Assembly: GCA_964016885.1 (NCBI GenBank)
Contig: OZ024749.1
Span: 10,168,001-10,232,000, forward strand
Direction of reading: 5' to 3'
Length of the DNA: 64,000 nt
Origin: Eledone cirrhosa
Lineage: Eukaryota
A program made the position numbers and the translations under genes. Positions 47,518-59,500 of this stretch are shown piece after piece (the first letter of the stretch is position 1; every line of letters begins with the position of its first letter). The notes beneath the pieces were generated by a model. The model was not told the origin of the DNA. It did no database searches and saw only the letters and a list, made by a program, of their open reading frames with translations.

Positions 47518-50135
47518 ATGGCTGGCAGACGACAGGAAGACCAGCTCTATTATATGTCCCTGTCTATGGCTCGCAGACGATAGGGAAGACCAGCTCTATT
47601 ATATGTCTATGGCTGGCAGACGATAGGGAAGACCAGCTCTATTATATGTCCCTGTCTATGGCTGGCAGACGACAGGAAGACCAGCTCTATCATATGTCCC
47701 TGTCTATGGCTCGCAGACGATTAGGAAGACCAGCTCTATTATATGTCTATGGCTGGCAGACGATAGGGAAGACCAGCTCTATTATATGACCCTGTCTATG
47801 GCTGGCAGACGATAAGGAAGACCAGCTCTATTATATGTCCCTGTCTATGGCTGGCAGACGATAGGGAAGACCAGCTCTATTATATGTCTATGGCTGGCAG
47901 ACGATAGGGAAGACCAGCTCTATTATATGTCTATGGCTGGCAGACGATAGGGAAGACCAGCTCTATTATATGTCTATGGCTGGCAGACGATAGGGAAGAC
48001 CAGCTCTATTATATGTCTATGGCTGGCAGACGATAGGGAAGACCAGCTCTATTATATGTCCCTGTCTATGGCTGGCAGACGATAGGGAAGACCAGCTCTA
48101 TTATATGTCTCTGTCTATGGCTGGCAGACGATAAGGAAGACCAGCTCTATTATATGTCCCTGTCTATGGCTGGCATACGATAGGGAAGACCAGCTCTATT
48201 ATATGTCCCTGTCTATGGCTGGCAGGCGATAGGGAAGACCAGCTCTATTATATGTCTCTGTCTATGGCTGGCAGACGATAGGGAAGACCAGCTCTATTAT
48301 ATGTCTATGGTTGGCAGACGATAGGAAGACCAGCTCTATTATATGTCCCTGTCTATGGTTGGCAGACGATAGGAAGACCAGCTCTATTATATGTCTCTGT
48401 CTATGGCTGACAGACGATAGGGAAGACCAGCTCTATTATATGTCCCTGTCTATGGCTGGCAGACGATAGGGAAGACCAGCTCTATTATAGGTCCCTGTCT
48501 ATGGCTGGCAGACGATAGGGAAGACCAGCTCTATTATATGTCTATGGCTGGCAGACGATAAGGAAGACCAGCTCTATTATATGTCTCTGTCTATGGCTGG
48601 CAGACGATAGGGAAGACCAGCTCTATTATATGTCTCTGTCTATGGTTGGCAGACGATAGGAAGACCAGCTCTATTATATGTCCCTGTCTATGGTTGGCAG
48701 ACGATAGGAAGACCAGCTCTATTATATGTCTCTGTCTATGGCTGGCAGACGATAGGGAAGACCAGCTCTATTATATGTCCCTGTCTATGGCTCGCAGACG
48801 ATAGGGAAGACCAGCTCTATTATAGGTCCCTGTCTATGGCTGGCAGACGATAGGGAAGACCAGCTCTATTATATGTCTATGGCTGGCAGACGATAAGGAA
48901 GACCAGCTCTATTATATGTCCCTGTCTATGGCTGGCATACGATAGGGAAGACCAGCTCTATTATATGTCCCTGTCTATGGCTGGCAGACGATAGGGAAGA
49001 CCAGCTCTATTATATGTCTATGGCTGGCAGACGATAAGGAAGACCAGCTCTATTATATGTCCCTGTCTATGGCTCGCAGACGATAGGGAAGACCAGCTCT
49101 ATTATATGTCTCTGTCTATGGCTGGCAGACGATAGGGAAGACCAGCTCTATTATATGTCTATGGCTGGCAGACGATAAGGAAGACCAGCTCTATTATATG
49201 TCCCTGTCTATGGCTGGCATACGATAGGGAAGACCAGCTCTATTATATGTCCCTGTCTATGGCTGGCAGACGATAGGGAAGACCAGCTCTATTATATGTC
49301 CCTGTCTATGGCTGGCAGGCGATAGGGAAGACCAGCTCTATTATATGTCCCTGTCTATGGCTGGCAGACGATAGGGAAGACCAGCTCTATTATAGGTCCC
49401 TGTCTATGGCTGGCATACGATAGGGAAGACCAGCTCTATTATATGTCCCTGTCTATGGCTGGCAGACGATGGGGAAGACCAGCTCTATTATATGTCCCTG
49501 TCTATGGTTGGCAGACGATAGGGAAGACCAGCTCTATTATATGTCCCTGTCTATGGCTGGCATACGATAGGGAAGACCAGCTCTATTATATGTCTCTGTC
49601 TATGTCTGGCATACGATAAGGAAGACCAGCTCTATTATATGTCTCTGTCTATGGTTGGCAGACGATAGGGAAGACCAGCTCTATTATATGTCTCTGTCTA
49701 TGGTTGGCAGACGATAGGGAAGACCAGCTCTATTATATGTCTCTGTCTATGGTTGGCAGACGATAGGGAAGACCAGCTCTATTATATGTCTCTGTCTATG
49801 GTTGGCAGACGATAGGGAAGACCAGCTCTATTATATGTCTCTGTCTATGGTTGGCAGACGATAGGGAAGACCAGCTCTATTATATGTCTCTGTCTATGGT
49901 TGGCAGACGATAGGGAAGACCAGCTCTATTATATGTCTCTGTCTATGGTTGGCAGACGATAGGGAAGACCAGCTCTATTATATGTCCCTGTCTATGGCTG
50001 GCAGACGATAGGGAAGACCAGCTCTATTATATGTCTCTGTCTATGGCTGGCAGACGATAGGGAAGACCAGCTCTATTATATGTCTCTGTCTATGGCTGGC
50101 ATACGATAGGGAAGACCAGCTCTATTATATGTCCC
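47518..50135. repeat. Satellite 2: 49-bp unit (TATGGCTGGCAGACGATAGGGAAGACCAGCTCTATTATATGTCCCTGTC) with a 43-bp variant
   Basis: About 54 visible tandem copies. Confidence 0.98.
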
Positions 50136-50169
50136 TTATGCAGACATCCCTAATAGTGACCATCACTTC

Positions 50170-50850
50170 ACAATTACATATTGTATACACCCTGTATGTA
50201 TATTACATATTCTATACTCCCTGTATGTATATTAGGTATTGTATACACCCTGAATATTATATATTGTATATACCCTGTATATATAACATATCGTATACAC
50301 CCTGTATGTATATTACATATTGTATACACCCTGTATATTACATATTGTATACACCCTGTATATTACATATTGTATAGACTGTATATTGTATAGACTGTAT
50401 ATTGTATAGACTGTATATTGTATACACTATATATATTATATACACTATATATATTATATACACTATATATTATATACACTATATATATTGTATACACTAT
50501 ATATATTATAGAAACTATATATATTATAGAAACTATATATATTGTATATACTATATATATTGTATATACTATATATATTGTATATACTATATATATTGTA
50601 TATACTATATATATTGTATATACTATATATATTGTATATACTATATATATTGTATATACTATATATATTATATACACTATATATTATATACACTATATAT
50701 TATATACACTATATATTATATACACTATATATTATATACACTATATATTATATACACTATACATTATATACACTATACATTATATATACTATATATTGTA
50801 TATACACTATATTATATATACTATATATTGTATATACACTATATTATATA
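50170..50850. repeat. AT-rich 14-16-bp minisatellite (TATACACTATATATAT), continued at 51510-51790 and 52405-52550
   Basis: Directly visible. Confidence 0.93.
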
Positions 50851-51510
50851 TCATCATCATCATCATCGTTTAACGTCCATGTTCCACGCTTGCATGGGTT
50901 TGGACGGGCGTTTTCCCACTTGAGGCAAGAGTGATTGTCTTGCTCGCATAGGACTGTCTGGCGGGTTTTCTACGGCTGGATGCCCTTCCTAACACCAACC
51001 ACATTTACAGTGTGGGACTGGGAGGTTTTTACCGTGTTGCCTACACGGCCACATTACAGCGTGGACTGTGTTTTTTTTGTCGTGACACCTACACGATCTC
51101 ATTTGTTTCGGCCTGGATGTTGTGGTACCAACATAACTTTACATTGAAAGGGGCGGTGGGGGGGGGGGGTATTTTGTTAGAGATGCCTACTGACTGTAGT
51201 AGGTTTTAATTTGTATTTAGGTAAGGCGGGTCTTCTCTATTACTGAGTACCGCCAAAGATCTCGGTCCAGTGACATTGTCTTGGAGAGGTGTAAGTGTGT
51301 GAGGTCGGAATTTATCAGGTCGTCCCAGGTTTTTCTGGGTCTGCCTACTCCGTGGCTACCGTCTATCTTTATTGCCCTGCACTTTTTTATACAGCTGTCG
51401 TCTTTCATGCGCATCACGTGACCATACCAACGTAGCCTTCTCTCGAGTAAACATCTGATCCCTCTTATTTCTAATTTTTCCCTTAGTTCGTTTATGCTTT
51501 GCCGTTCACG
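50850..51510 (-). mobile_element. RTE-clade LINE 3' end
   Basis: ELREKLEI...RRLRWYGHVMRM...GRPRKTW. 3'UTR GTTAGGAAGGGCATCCAGCCGTAG and (GAT)n tail. Confidence 0.88.
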
Positions 51511-51789
51511 TGTATATAATATATATATAGTGTATATAATATATATTCTATATATTGTATACACTATATATATTATATACACTAAATATATTATATACAC
51601 TATATTATATACACTATAGATATTATATAAACTATATATTGTATACACTATAGATATTATATACACTATACATATTATATACACTATTATATACACTATA
51701 GATATTATATACACTATATCTTGTATACACTATAGATATTATATACACTATATATTGTATACACTATATATATTATATACACTATATTA

Positions 51790-52403
51790 TTCATTCCTTC
51801 ATTCGTCGACTACTGTCGAGATGACGGATCTCACTCTCATGCCCCAGAATTCAGGAACCCCGGTGCAGTTAGTTGCGAAATCCATCATCTTTTCAAATAG
51901 CTAATAATGTGTCTGGGCGCCACTACTACACACATGTGAAATAATTTGACAGCCAAGTCTTGAAGAAGGTGCTTTCTCCTCCGTGTGGTGGGTTACCCGG
52001 CGCCAGATACCAACCTGGCATTTATACCTTCGCCCAAATTGTTCGTGTTGCAAGCAATAGAGTAGTCGCTAACCAAAGCTACGGACCCACTCTATCCGTC
52101 TGGAGATACGTTGTACTAGCTTACCAGCATACTAGTAGCAGGAAGTTGACTTTTCCGGCACTGCAGCGCCTTTCGGCGGGCCGTGCTGGTTTTGGATGGC
52201 CATTGACTCCAAGAGCTCTTAAGAGCTCCCAGGAGTTCCTTTGCCCTTTGACAGGTTTTGTTTTTAGTCCTGCAGGATGTCCAAAGTCACCCTCCTCACC
52301 AAGAAATCTTGGTGGGGTTGCCAGTTTAGTCGCCAACGACCCGACCATAAGACAGGTTGTACTGGGATACATGTTACCAGTAGCACCAACTGGTGACCTG
52401 ACA
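51790..52403 (-). mobile_element. Short internally deleted derivative of the 40054-42555 RTE LINE (5' region fused to 3' tail)
   Basis: 51852-51879 (reverse complement) matches 40054-40081, and 51799-51852 matches 42486-42539. Confidence 0.82.
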
Positions 52404-52554
52404 CATATTATATACACTATATATATTATATACACTATATATTATATATACTATAGATATTATATACACTATATATATTATATACACTATATATTATATA
52501 TACTATAGATATTATATACACTATATATATTATATACACTATTTATTACATTCT

Positions 52555-52825
52555 TTCATCATCATCATCTTTATATGGGTTTGATGAATCTTCTCCAATG
52601 TAACATCTCTCCATTTAGTTCTTCCCTTATTTCCTTTGTAAGATTAGATTTCTAGAGACCAGTTTTCACCACCGCTGCCTAAGTCTTCCTTGGTCTTCCT
52701 CTTCCATAGTTTCCTTCCACTAGGAACTACTGGCATTTCTTCACCCAACAATCACCATCCATACACAGTACATGTCTCCTTCATGCTACACCTGTTTCTT
52801 CATATACCCAGCTTTTCTCTCAGCT
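52555..52825 (-). mobile_element. Decayed RTE LINE 3' end
   Basis: GGAAGAGGAAGACCAAGGAAGACTT (GRGRPRKT-like) on the minus strand and a (GAT)n tail. Confidence 0.55.
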
Positions 52826-52964
52826 CATCCAGATGGACTGCACCTGGATGGACCAGCCTTGTCGCACACACACTCTCATGCTGAATCTCCCTGAGAATTA
52901 TGTTAAGTGTACAGATGTCTGTAGCAGAATACTCAGCTATTTGCCCATAATTTCATAGTAGTAA

Positions 52965-53201
52965 GGGTGCCAGACCTATGGTAATAATGTGGGTTCAATT
53001 CCTGGGCTGGGTTGTGTGTTGTGTTCTTGAGCAAAACACTTCATTTTACGTTGCTCCAGTAATAACTGGGAGTTTAACCCTGTGATGGACTGGTATCCTA
53101 TCCAGGGGGAAGTCTTGTACTCTCAGTCGCTTCACGCCGTGAAACCAGGATAAGCACCAGCCTAACGAGCCTTCTGGCTTAAGACAGACTTTAGATTAGA
53201 T
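52965..53201 (+). mobile_element. Diverged tRNA-SINE (CORE-like body, different tail ending CAGACTTTAGA)
   Basis: B box GGTTCAATTCC, TCTTGAGCAAAACACTT, AACCCTGTGATGGACTGGTATCCTATCCAGGGGG...GAAACCAGGATAAGC. Confidence 0.7.
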
Positions 53202-53529
53202 CATCCAGATAGACTGCACCTCTAATTGAAAGGACCAGCCTTGTCATGCTGAATCTCGCTGAGAATTATGTTAAGTATACAGATGTCTGCAGAATGCTCA
53301 GTCACTTGCCCATGAATTTCATAGAATTTTACATATAGTTTATACCAATGTATTACATATTATAACAATAATGACACAGTACATGGAAGAAATATATTAG
53401 TTTAATGCTTGAAATAGCAGGAAGAGAGTCTTAACTTTTTGGACAGTAGTCCTCAGTGGTTATTAGGGTCTGTTGCATAAGCCAAGTTTGGGAGAATGGA
53501 GGGTCCGAGTTTGATTTGCCGAATTTGAA

Positions 53530-56500
53530 GGGTTAGTAAGGTTTGTTTTGCAGGAGTCATGGGAACAGGTTGGTGTTGAATTTAGGGTGTCTACTGGGGG
53601 TTAGTAAGGCAGGGGTCAAGGGAACAGGTTGGTGTTGAGTTTAGGGTGTCTACTGGGGGTTAGTAAAGCAGGAGTCATGGGAACAGGTTGGTGTTGAGTT
53701 TAGGGTGTCTACTGGGGGTTAGTAAAGCAGGGGTCAAGGGAACAGGTTGGTGTTGAGTTTAGGGTGTCTACTGGGGGTTAGTAAGGTAGGGGTCATAGGA
53801 ACAGGTTGGGATCAGTAAGGTGTCTACTGGAGGTTAGTAAGGCAGGGGTCATGGGAACAGGTTGGAGTCAGTAAGGTGTCTACTGGGGCTTAGTAAGGTA
53901 GGGGTCATGGGAACAGGTTGGAGTCAGTAAGGTGTCTACTGGGGGTTAGTGAGGTAGGGGTCATGGGAACAGGTTGGAGTCAGTAAGGTGCCTACTGGGG
54001 GTTACTAAGGCAGGGGTCATTAGAACAGGTTAGAGTCATTAAGGTGTCTCCTGGAGGTTAGTAAGGTAGGGGTCAGTAGGGTGTCTACTGGGGGTTAGTG
54101 AGGTAGGGGTCTTGGGAACAGGTTGGAGTCTATAGGGTGTCTGCTGGGGGTTAGTAAGGTAGGGGTCATGGGAACAGGTTGGAGTCAATAGGGGTCTAAT
54201 GGGGGTTAGTAAGGTAGGGGTCATGGGAACGGGTTGGAGTCTATAGGGTGTCTACTGGGGGTTAGTAAGGTAGGGGTCATGGGAACAGGTTGGAGTCAGT
54301 AGGGGTCTAATGGGGGTTAGTAAGGTAGGGGTCATGGGAACAGGTTGGAGTCAATAGGGGTCTAATGGGGGTTAGTAAGGTAGGGGTCATGGGAACAGGT
54401 TGGAGTCAGTAAGGTGTCTACTGGGGGTTAGTAAGGTAGGGGTCATGGGAACAGGTTAGTCAGTAAGGTGTCTACTGGGGGTTAGTAAGGTAGGGGTCAT
54501 GGGAACAGGTTAGAGTCATTAGGAGGTCTAATGGGGGTTAGTAAGGTAGGGGTCATGGGAACAGGTTGGAGTCAATAGGGGTCTAATGGGGGTTAGTAAG
54601 GTAGGGGTCATGGGAACAGGTTGGAGTCAGTAGGGGTCTAATGGGGGTTAGTAAGGTAGGGGTCATAGGAACGGGTTGGAGTCAGTAAGGTATCTACTGG
54701 GGGTTAGTAAGGTAGGGGTCATGGGAACAGGTTGGAGTCAGTAGGGTGTCTAATGGGGGTTAGTAAGGTAGGGGTCATAGGAACGGGTTGGAGTCAGTAG
54801 GGTGTCTAATGGGGGTTAGTAAGGTAGGGGTCATGGGAACAGGTTGGAGTCAGTAGGGTGTCTAATGGGGGTTAGTAAGGTAGGGGTCATGGGAACAGGT
54901 TGGAGTCAGTAGGGGTCTAATGGGGGTTAGTAAGGTAGGGGTCATAGGAACGGGTTGGAGTCAGTAAGGTATCTACTGGGGGTTAGTAAGGTAGGGGTCA
55001 TGGGAACAGGTTAGTCAGTAAGGTGTCTACTGGGGGTTAGTAAGGTAGGGGTCATGGGAACAGGTTAGAGTCATTAGGAGGTCTAATGGGGGTTAGTAAG
55101 GTAGGGGTCATGGGAACAGGTTGGAGTCAGTAGGGGTCTAATGGGGGTTAGTAAGGTAGGGGTCATAGGAACGGGTTGGAGTCAGTAAGGTATCTACTGG
55201 GGGTTAGTAAGGTAGGGGTCATGGGAACAGGTTGGAGTCAGTAGGGGTCTAATGGGGGTTAGTAAGGTAGGGGTCATAGGAACGGGTTGGAGTCAGTAAG
55301 GTATCTACTGGGGGTTAGTAAGGCAGGGGTCATGAGAACAGGTTGGAGTCGGTAAGGTGTCTACTGGGGGTTAGTAAGGTAGGGGTCATGGGAACAGGTT
55401 ACAGTCAGTAAGGTGTCTACTGGGGGTTAGTAAGGTAGGGGTCAGTACGGGGTCTACTGGGGGTTAGTAAGGTAGGGGTCATGGGAACAGGTTACAGTCA
55501 GTAAGGTGTCTACTGGGGGTTAGTAAGGCAGTGGTCATGGGAACAGGTTGGAGTCAGTAAGGTGTCTACTGGGGGTTAGTAAGGCAGGGGTCATGGGAAC
55601 AGGTTGGAGTCAGTAAGGTGTCTACTGGGGGTTAGTAAGGCAGGGGTCATGGGAACAGGTTGGAGTCAGTAAGGTGTCTACTGGGGGTTAGTGAGGTAGG
55701 GGTCATGGGAACAGGTTGGAGTCAGTCTGCTGTCTACTGGGGGTTAGTAAGGTAGGGGTCATGGGAACAGGTTGGAGTCAGTAAGGTGTCTACTAGGGGT
55801 TACTAAGGTAGGGGACATGGGAACAAGTTGGAGTCAGTAAGTGTCTACTGGCGGTTAGTAAGGCAGGGGTCATTAGGGGGTCTACTGGGGGTAAGTAAGG
55901 TAGGGGTCATGGGAACAGGTTACAGTCAGTAAGGTGTCTACTGGGGGTTAGTAAGGTAGAGGTCATAGGAACAGGTTAGAGTCATTGGGAGGTCTAATGG
56001 GGGTTAGTAAGATAGGGGTCATGGGAACAGGTTGGAGTCAGTAGGGTGTCTACTGGGGGTTAGTAAGGTAGGGATCATGGGAACAGGTTAGTCAGTAAGG
56101 TGTCTACTGGGGGTTAGTAAGGTAGGGGTCATGGGAACAGGTTGGAGTCAGTAAAGTGCCTACTCGGGGTTAGTAAGGTAGGGGTCATGGGAACAGGTTG
56201 GAGTCAGTAAGGTGTCTACTGGGGGTTAGTAAGGCAGGGGTCATGGGAACAGGTTGGAATCAGTAAGGTGTCTACTGGGGGTTAGTAAGGCAGGGGTCAG
56301 TAGGGTGTCTACTGGGGGTTAGTAAGGTAGGGGTCATGGGAACAGGTTAGCGTCAGTAGGGTGTCTACTGGGGGTTAGTAAGGTAGGGGTCATGGGAACA
56401 GGTTGGAGTCAGTAGGGGTCTAATGGGGGTTAGTAAGGTAGGGGTCATTGGAACAGGTTGGAGTCAGTAAGGTGTCTACTGGGGGTTAGTAAGGTAGGGG

Positions 56501-59500
56501 TCATGGGAACAGGTTAGCATCAGTAGGGTGTCTACTGGGGGTTAGTAAGGCAGGGGTCAGTAGGGGGTCTACTGGGAGTTAGTAAGGTAGGGGTCATGGG
56601 AACAGGTTGGAGTCAGTAAGGTGTCTACTGGGGGTTAGTAAGATAGGGGTCATGGGAACAGGTTGGAGTCAGTAGGGTGTCTACTGGGGGTTAGTAAGGT
56701 AGGGCTCATGGGAACAGTTTACAGTCAGTAAGGTGTCTACTGGGGGTTAGTAAGGTAGGGGTCATAGGAACAGGTTGGGATCAGTAAGGTGTCTACTGGA
56801 GGTTAGTAAGGCAGGGGTCATGGGAACAGGTTGGAGTCAGTAAGGTGTCTACTGGGGGTTAGTAAGGTAGGGGTCATGGGAACAGGTTGGAGTTAGTAAG
56901 GTGTCTACTGGGGCTTAGTAAGGTAGGGGTCATGGGAACAGGTTGGAGTCAGTAAGGTGTCTACTGGGAGTTAGTGAGGTAGGGGTCATGGGAACAGGTT
57001 GGAGTCAGTAAGGTGCCTACTGGGGGTTACTAAGGCAGGGGTCATTAGAACAGGTTAGAGTCATTAAGGTGTCTCCTGGAGGTTAGTAAGGTAGGGGTCA
57101 GTAGGGTGTCTACTGGGGGTTAGTGAGGTAGGGGTCTTGGGAACAGGTTGGAGTCTATAGGGTGTCTGCTGGGGGTTAGTAAGGTAGGGGTCATGGGAAC
57201 AGGTTGGAGTCAGTAGGGTGTCTACTGGGGGTTAGTAAGGCAGGGGTCAGTAGGGTGTCTACTGGGGGTTAGTGAGGTAGGGGTCTTGGGAACAGGTTGG
57301 AGTCAGTAGGGGTCTAATGGGGGTTAGTAAGGTAGGGGTCATGGGAACAGGTTGGAGTCAATAGGGGTCTAATGGGGGTTAGTAAGGTAGGGGTCATGGG
57401 AACAGGTTGGAGTCTATAGGGTGTCTGCTGGGGGTTAGTAAGGTAGGGGTCATGGGAACAGGTTGGAGTCAGTAAGGTGTCTACTGGGGGTTAGTAAGGC
57501 AGAGGTCAGTAGGGCGTCTACTGGGGGTTAGTAAGGTAGGGGTCATGGGAACAGGTTGGAGTCAGTAGGGGTCTAATGGGGGTTAGTAAGGTAGGGGTCA
57601 TGGGAACAGGTTGGAGTCAATAGGGGTCTAATGGGGGTTAGTAAGGTAGGGGTCATGGGAACAGGTTGGAGTCAGTAAGGTGTCTACTGGGGGTTAGTAA
57701 GGTAGGGGTCATGGGAACAGGTTAGACAGTAAGGTGTCTACTGGGGGTTAGTAAGGTAGGGGTCATGGGAACAGGTTAGAGTCATTAGGAGGTCTAATGG
57801 GGGTTAGTAAGGTAGGGGTCATGGGAACAGGTTGGAGTCAGTAGGGGTCTAATGGGGGTTAGTAAGGTAGGGGTCATAGGAACGGGTTGGAGTCAGTAAG
57901 GTATCTACTGGGGGTTAGTAAGGTAGGGGTCATGGGAACAGGTTGGAGTCAGTAGGGTGTCTACTGGGGGTTAGTAAGGCAGGGGTCATGAGAACAGGTT
58001 GGAGTCGGTAAGGTGTCTACTGGGGGTTAGTAAGGTAGGGGTCATGGGAACAGGTTACAGTCAGTAAGGTGTCTACTGGGGGTTAGTAAGGCAGTGGTCA
58101 TGGGAACAGGTTGGAGCCAGTAAGGTGTCTACTGGGGGTTAGTAAGGCAGGGGTCATGGGAACAGGTTGGAGTCAGTAAGGTGTCTACTGGGGGTTAGTG
58201 AGGTAGGGGTCATGGGAACAGGTTGGAGTCAGTCTGGTGTCTACTGGGGGTTAGTAAGGTAGGGGTCATGGGAACAGGTTGGAGTCAGTAAGGTGTCTAC
58301 TAGGGGTTACTAAGGTAGGGGACATGGGAACAAGTTGGAGTCAGTAAGTGTCTACTGGCGGTTAGTAAGGCAGGGGTCATTAGGGGGTCTACTGGGGGTT
58401 AGTAAGGTAGGGGTCATGGGAACAGGTTACAGTCAGTAAGGTGTCTACTGGGGGTTAGTAAGGTAGAGGTCATAGGAACAGGTTAGAGTCATTGGGAGGT
58501 CTAATGGGGGTTAGTAAGGCAGTGGTCATGGGAACAGGTTGGAGTCAGTAAGGTGTCTACTGGGGGTTAGTAAGGTAGGGGTCATGGGAACAGGTTGGAG
58601 TCAGTAAGGTGTCTACTGGGGGTTAGTAAGATAGGGGTCATGGGAACAGGTTGGAGTCAGTAGGGTGTCTACTGGGGGTTAGTAAGGTAGGGATCATGGG
58701 AACAGGTTAGTCAGTAAGGTGTCTACTGGGGGTTAGTAAGGTAGGGGTCATGGGAACAGGTTGGAGTCAGTAAAGTGCCTACTCGGGGTTAGTAAGGTAG
58801 GGGTCATGGGAACAGGTTGGAGTCAGTAAGGTGTCTACTGGGGGTTAGTAAGGCAGGGGTCATGGGAACAGGTTGGAATCAGTAAGGTGTCTACTGGGGG
58901 TTAGTAAGGCAGGGGTCAGTAGGGTGTCTACTGGGGGTTAGTAAGGTAGGGGTCATGGGAACAGGTTAGCGTCAGTAGGGTGTCTACTGGGGGTTAGTAA
59001 GGTAGGGGTCATGGGAACAGGTTGGAGTCAGTAGGGGTCTAATGGGGGTTAGTAAGGTAGGGGTCATGGGAACAGGTTGGAGTCAGTAAGGTGTCTACTG
59101 GGGGTTAGTAAGGTAGGGGTCATGGGAACAGGTTAGCGTCAGTAGGGTGTCTACTGGGGGTTAGTAAGGTAGGGGTCATGGGAACAGGTTGGAGTCAGTA
59201 GGGTGTCTACTGGGGGTTAGTAAGGTAGGGGTCATGGGAACAGGTTAGCGTCAGTAGGGTGTCTACTGGGGGTTAGTAAGGTAGGGGTCATGGGAACAGG
59301 TTGGAGTCAGTAGGGTGTCTACTGGGGGTTAGTAAGGCAGGGGTCATGGGAACAGGTTGCTGTTGAGTTTAGGGTGTCTACTGGGGGTTAGTAAAGCAGG
59401 GGTCAAGGGAACAGGTTGGTGTTGAGTTTAGGGTGTCTACTGGGGGTTAGTAAGGTAGGGGTCATGGGAACAGGTTGGAGTCAGTAGGGTGTCTACCGTG

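Noticed and set aside
47518-50135. Hammerhead-like satellite (CAGACGA...GAAG within a GCTGG/CCAGC stem) or CRISPR array
   Set aside because: The core deviates from CUGANGA/GAAA, there is no stem II or III, and there are no spacers.
50129-50934. Tyr/Ile-rich ORFs
   Set aside because: Translations of an AT-rich minisatellite.
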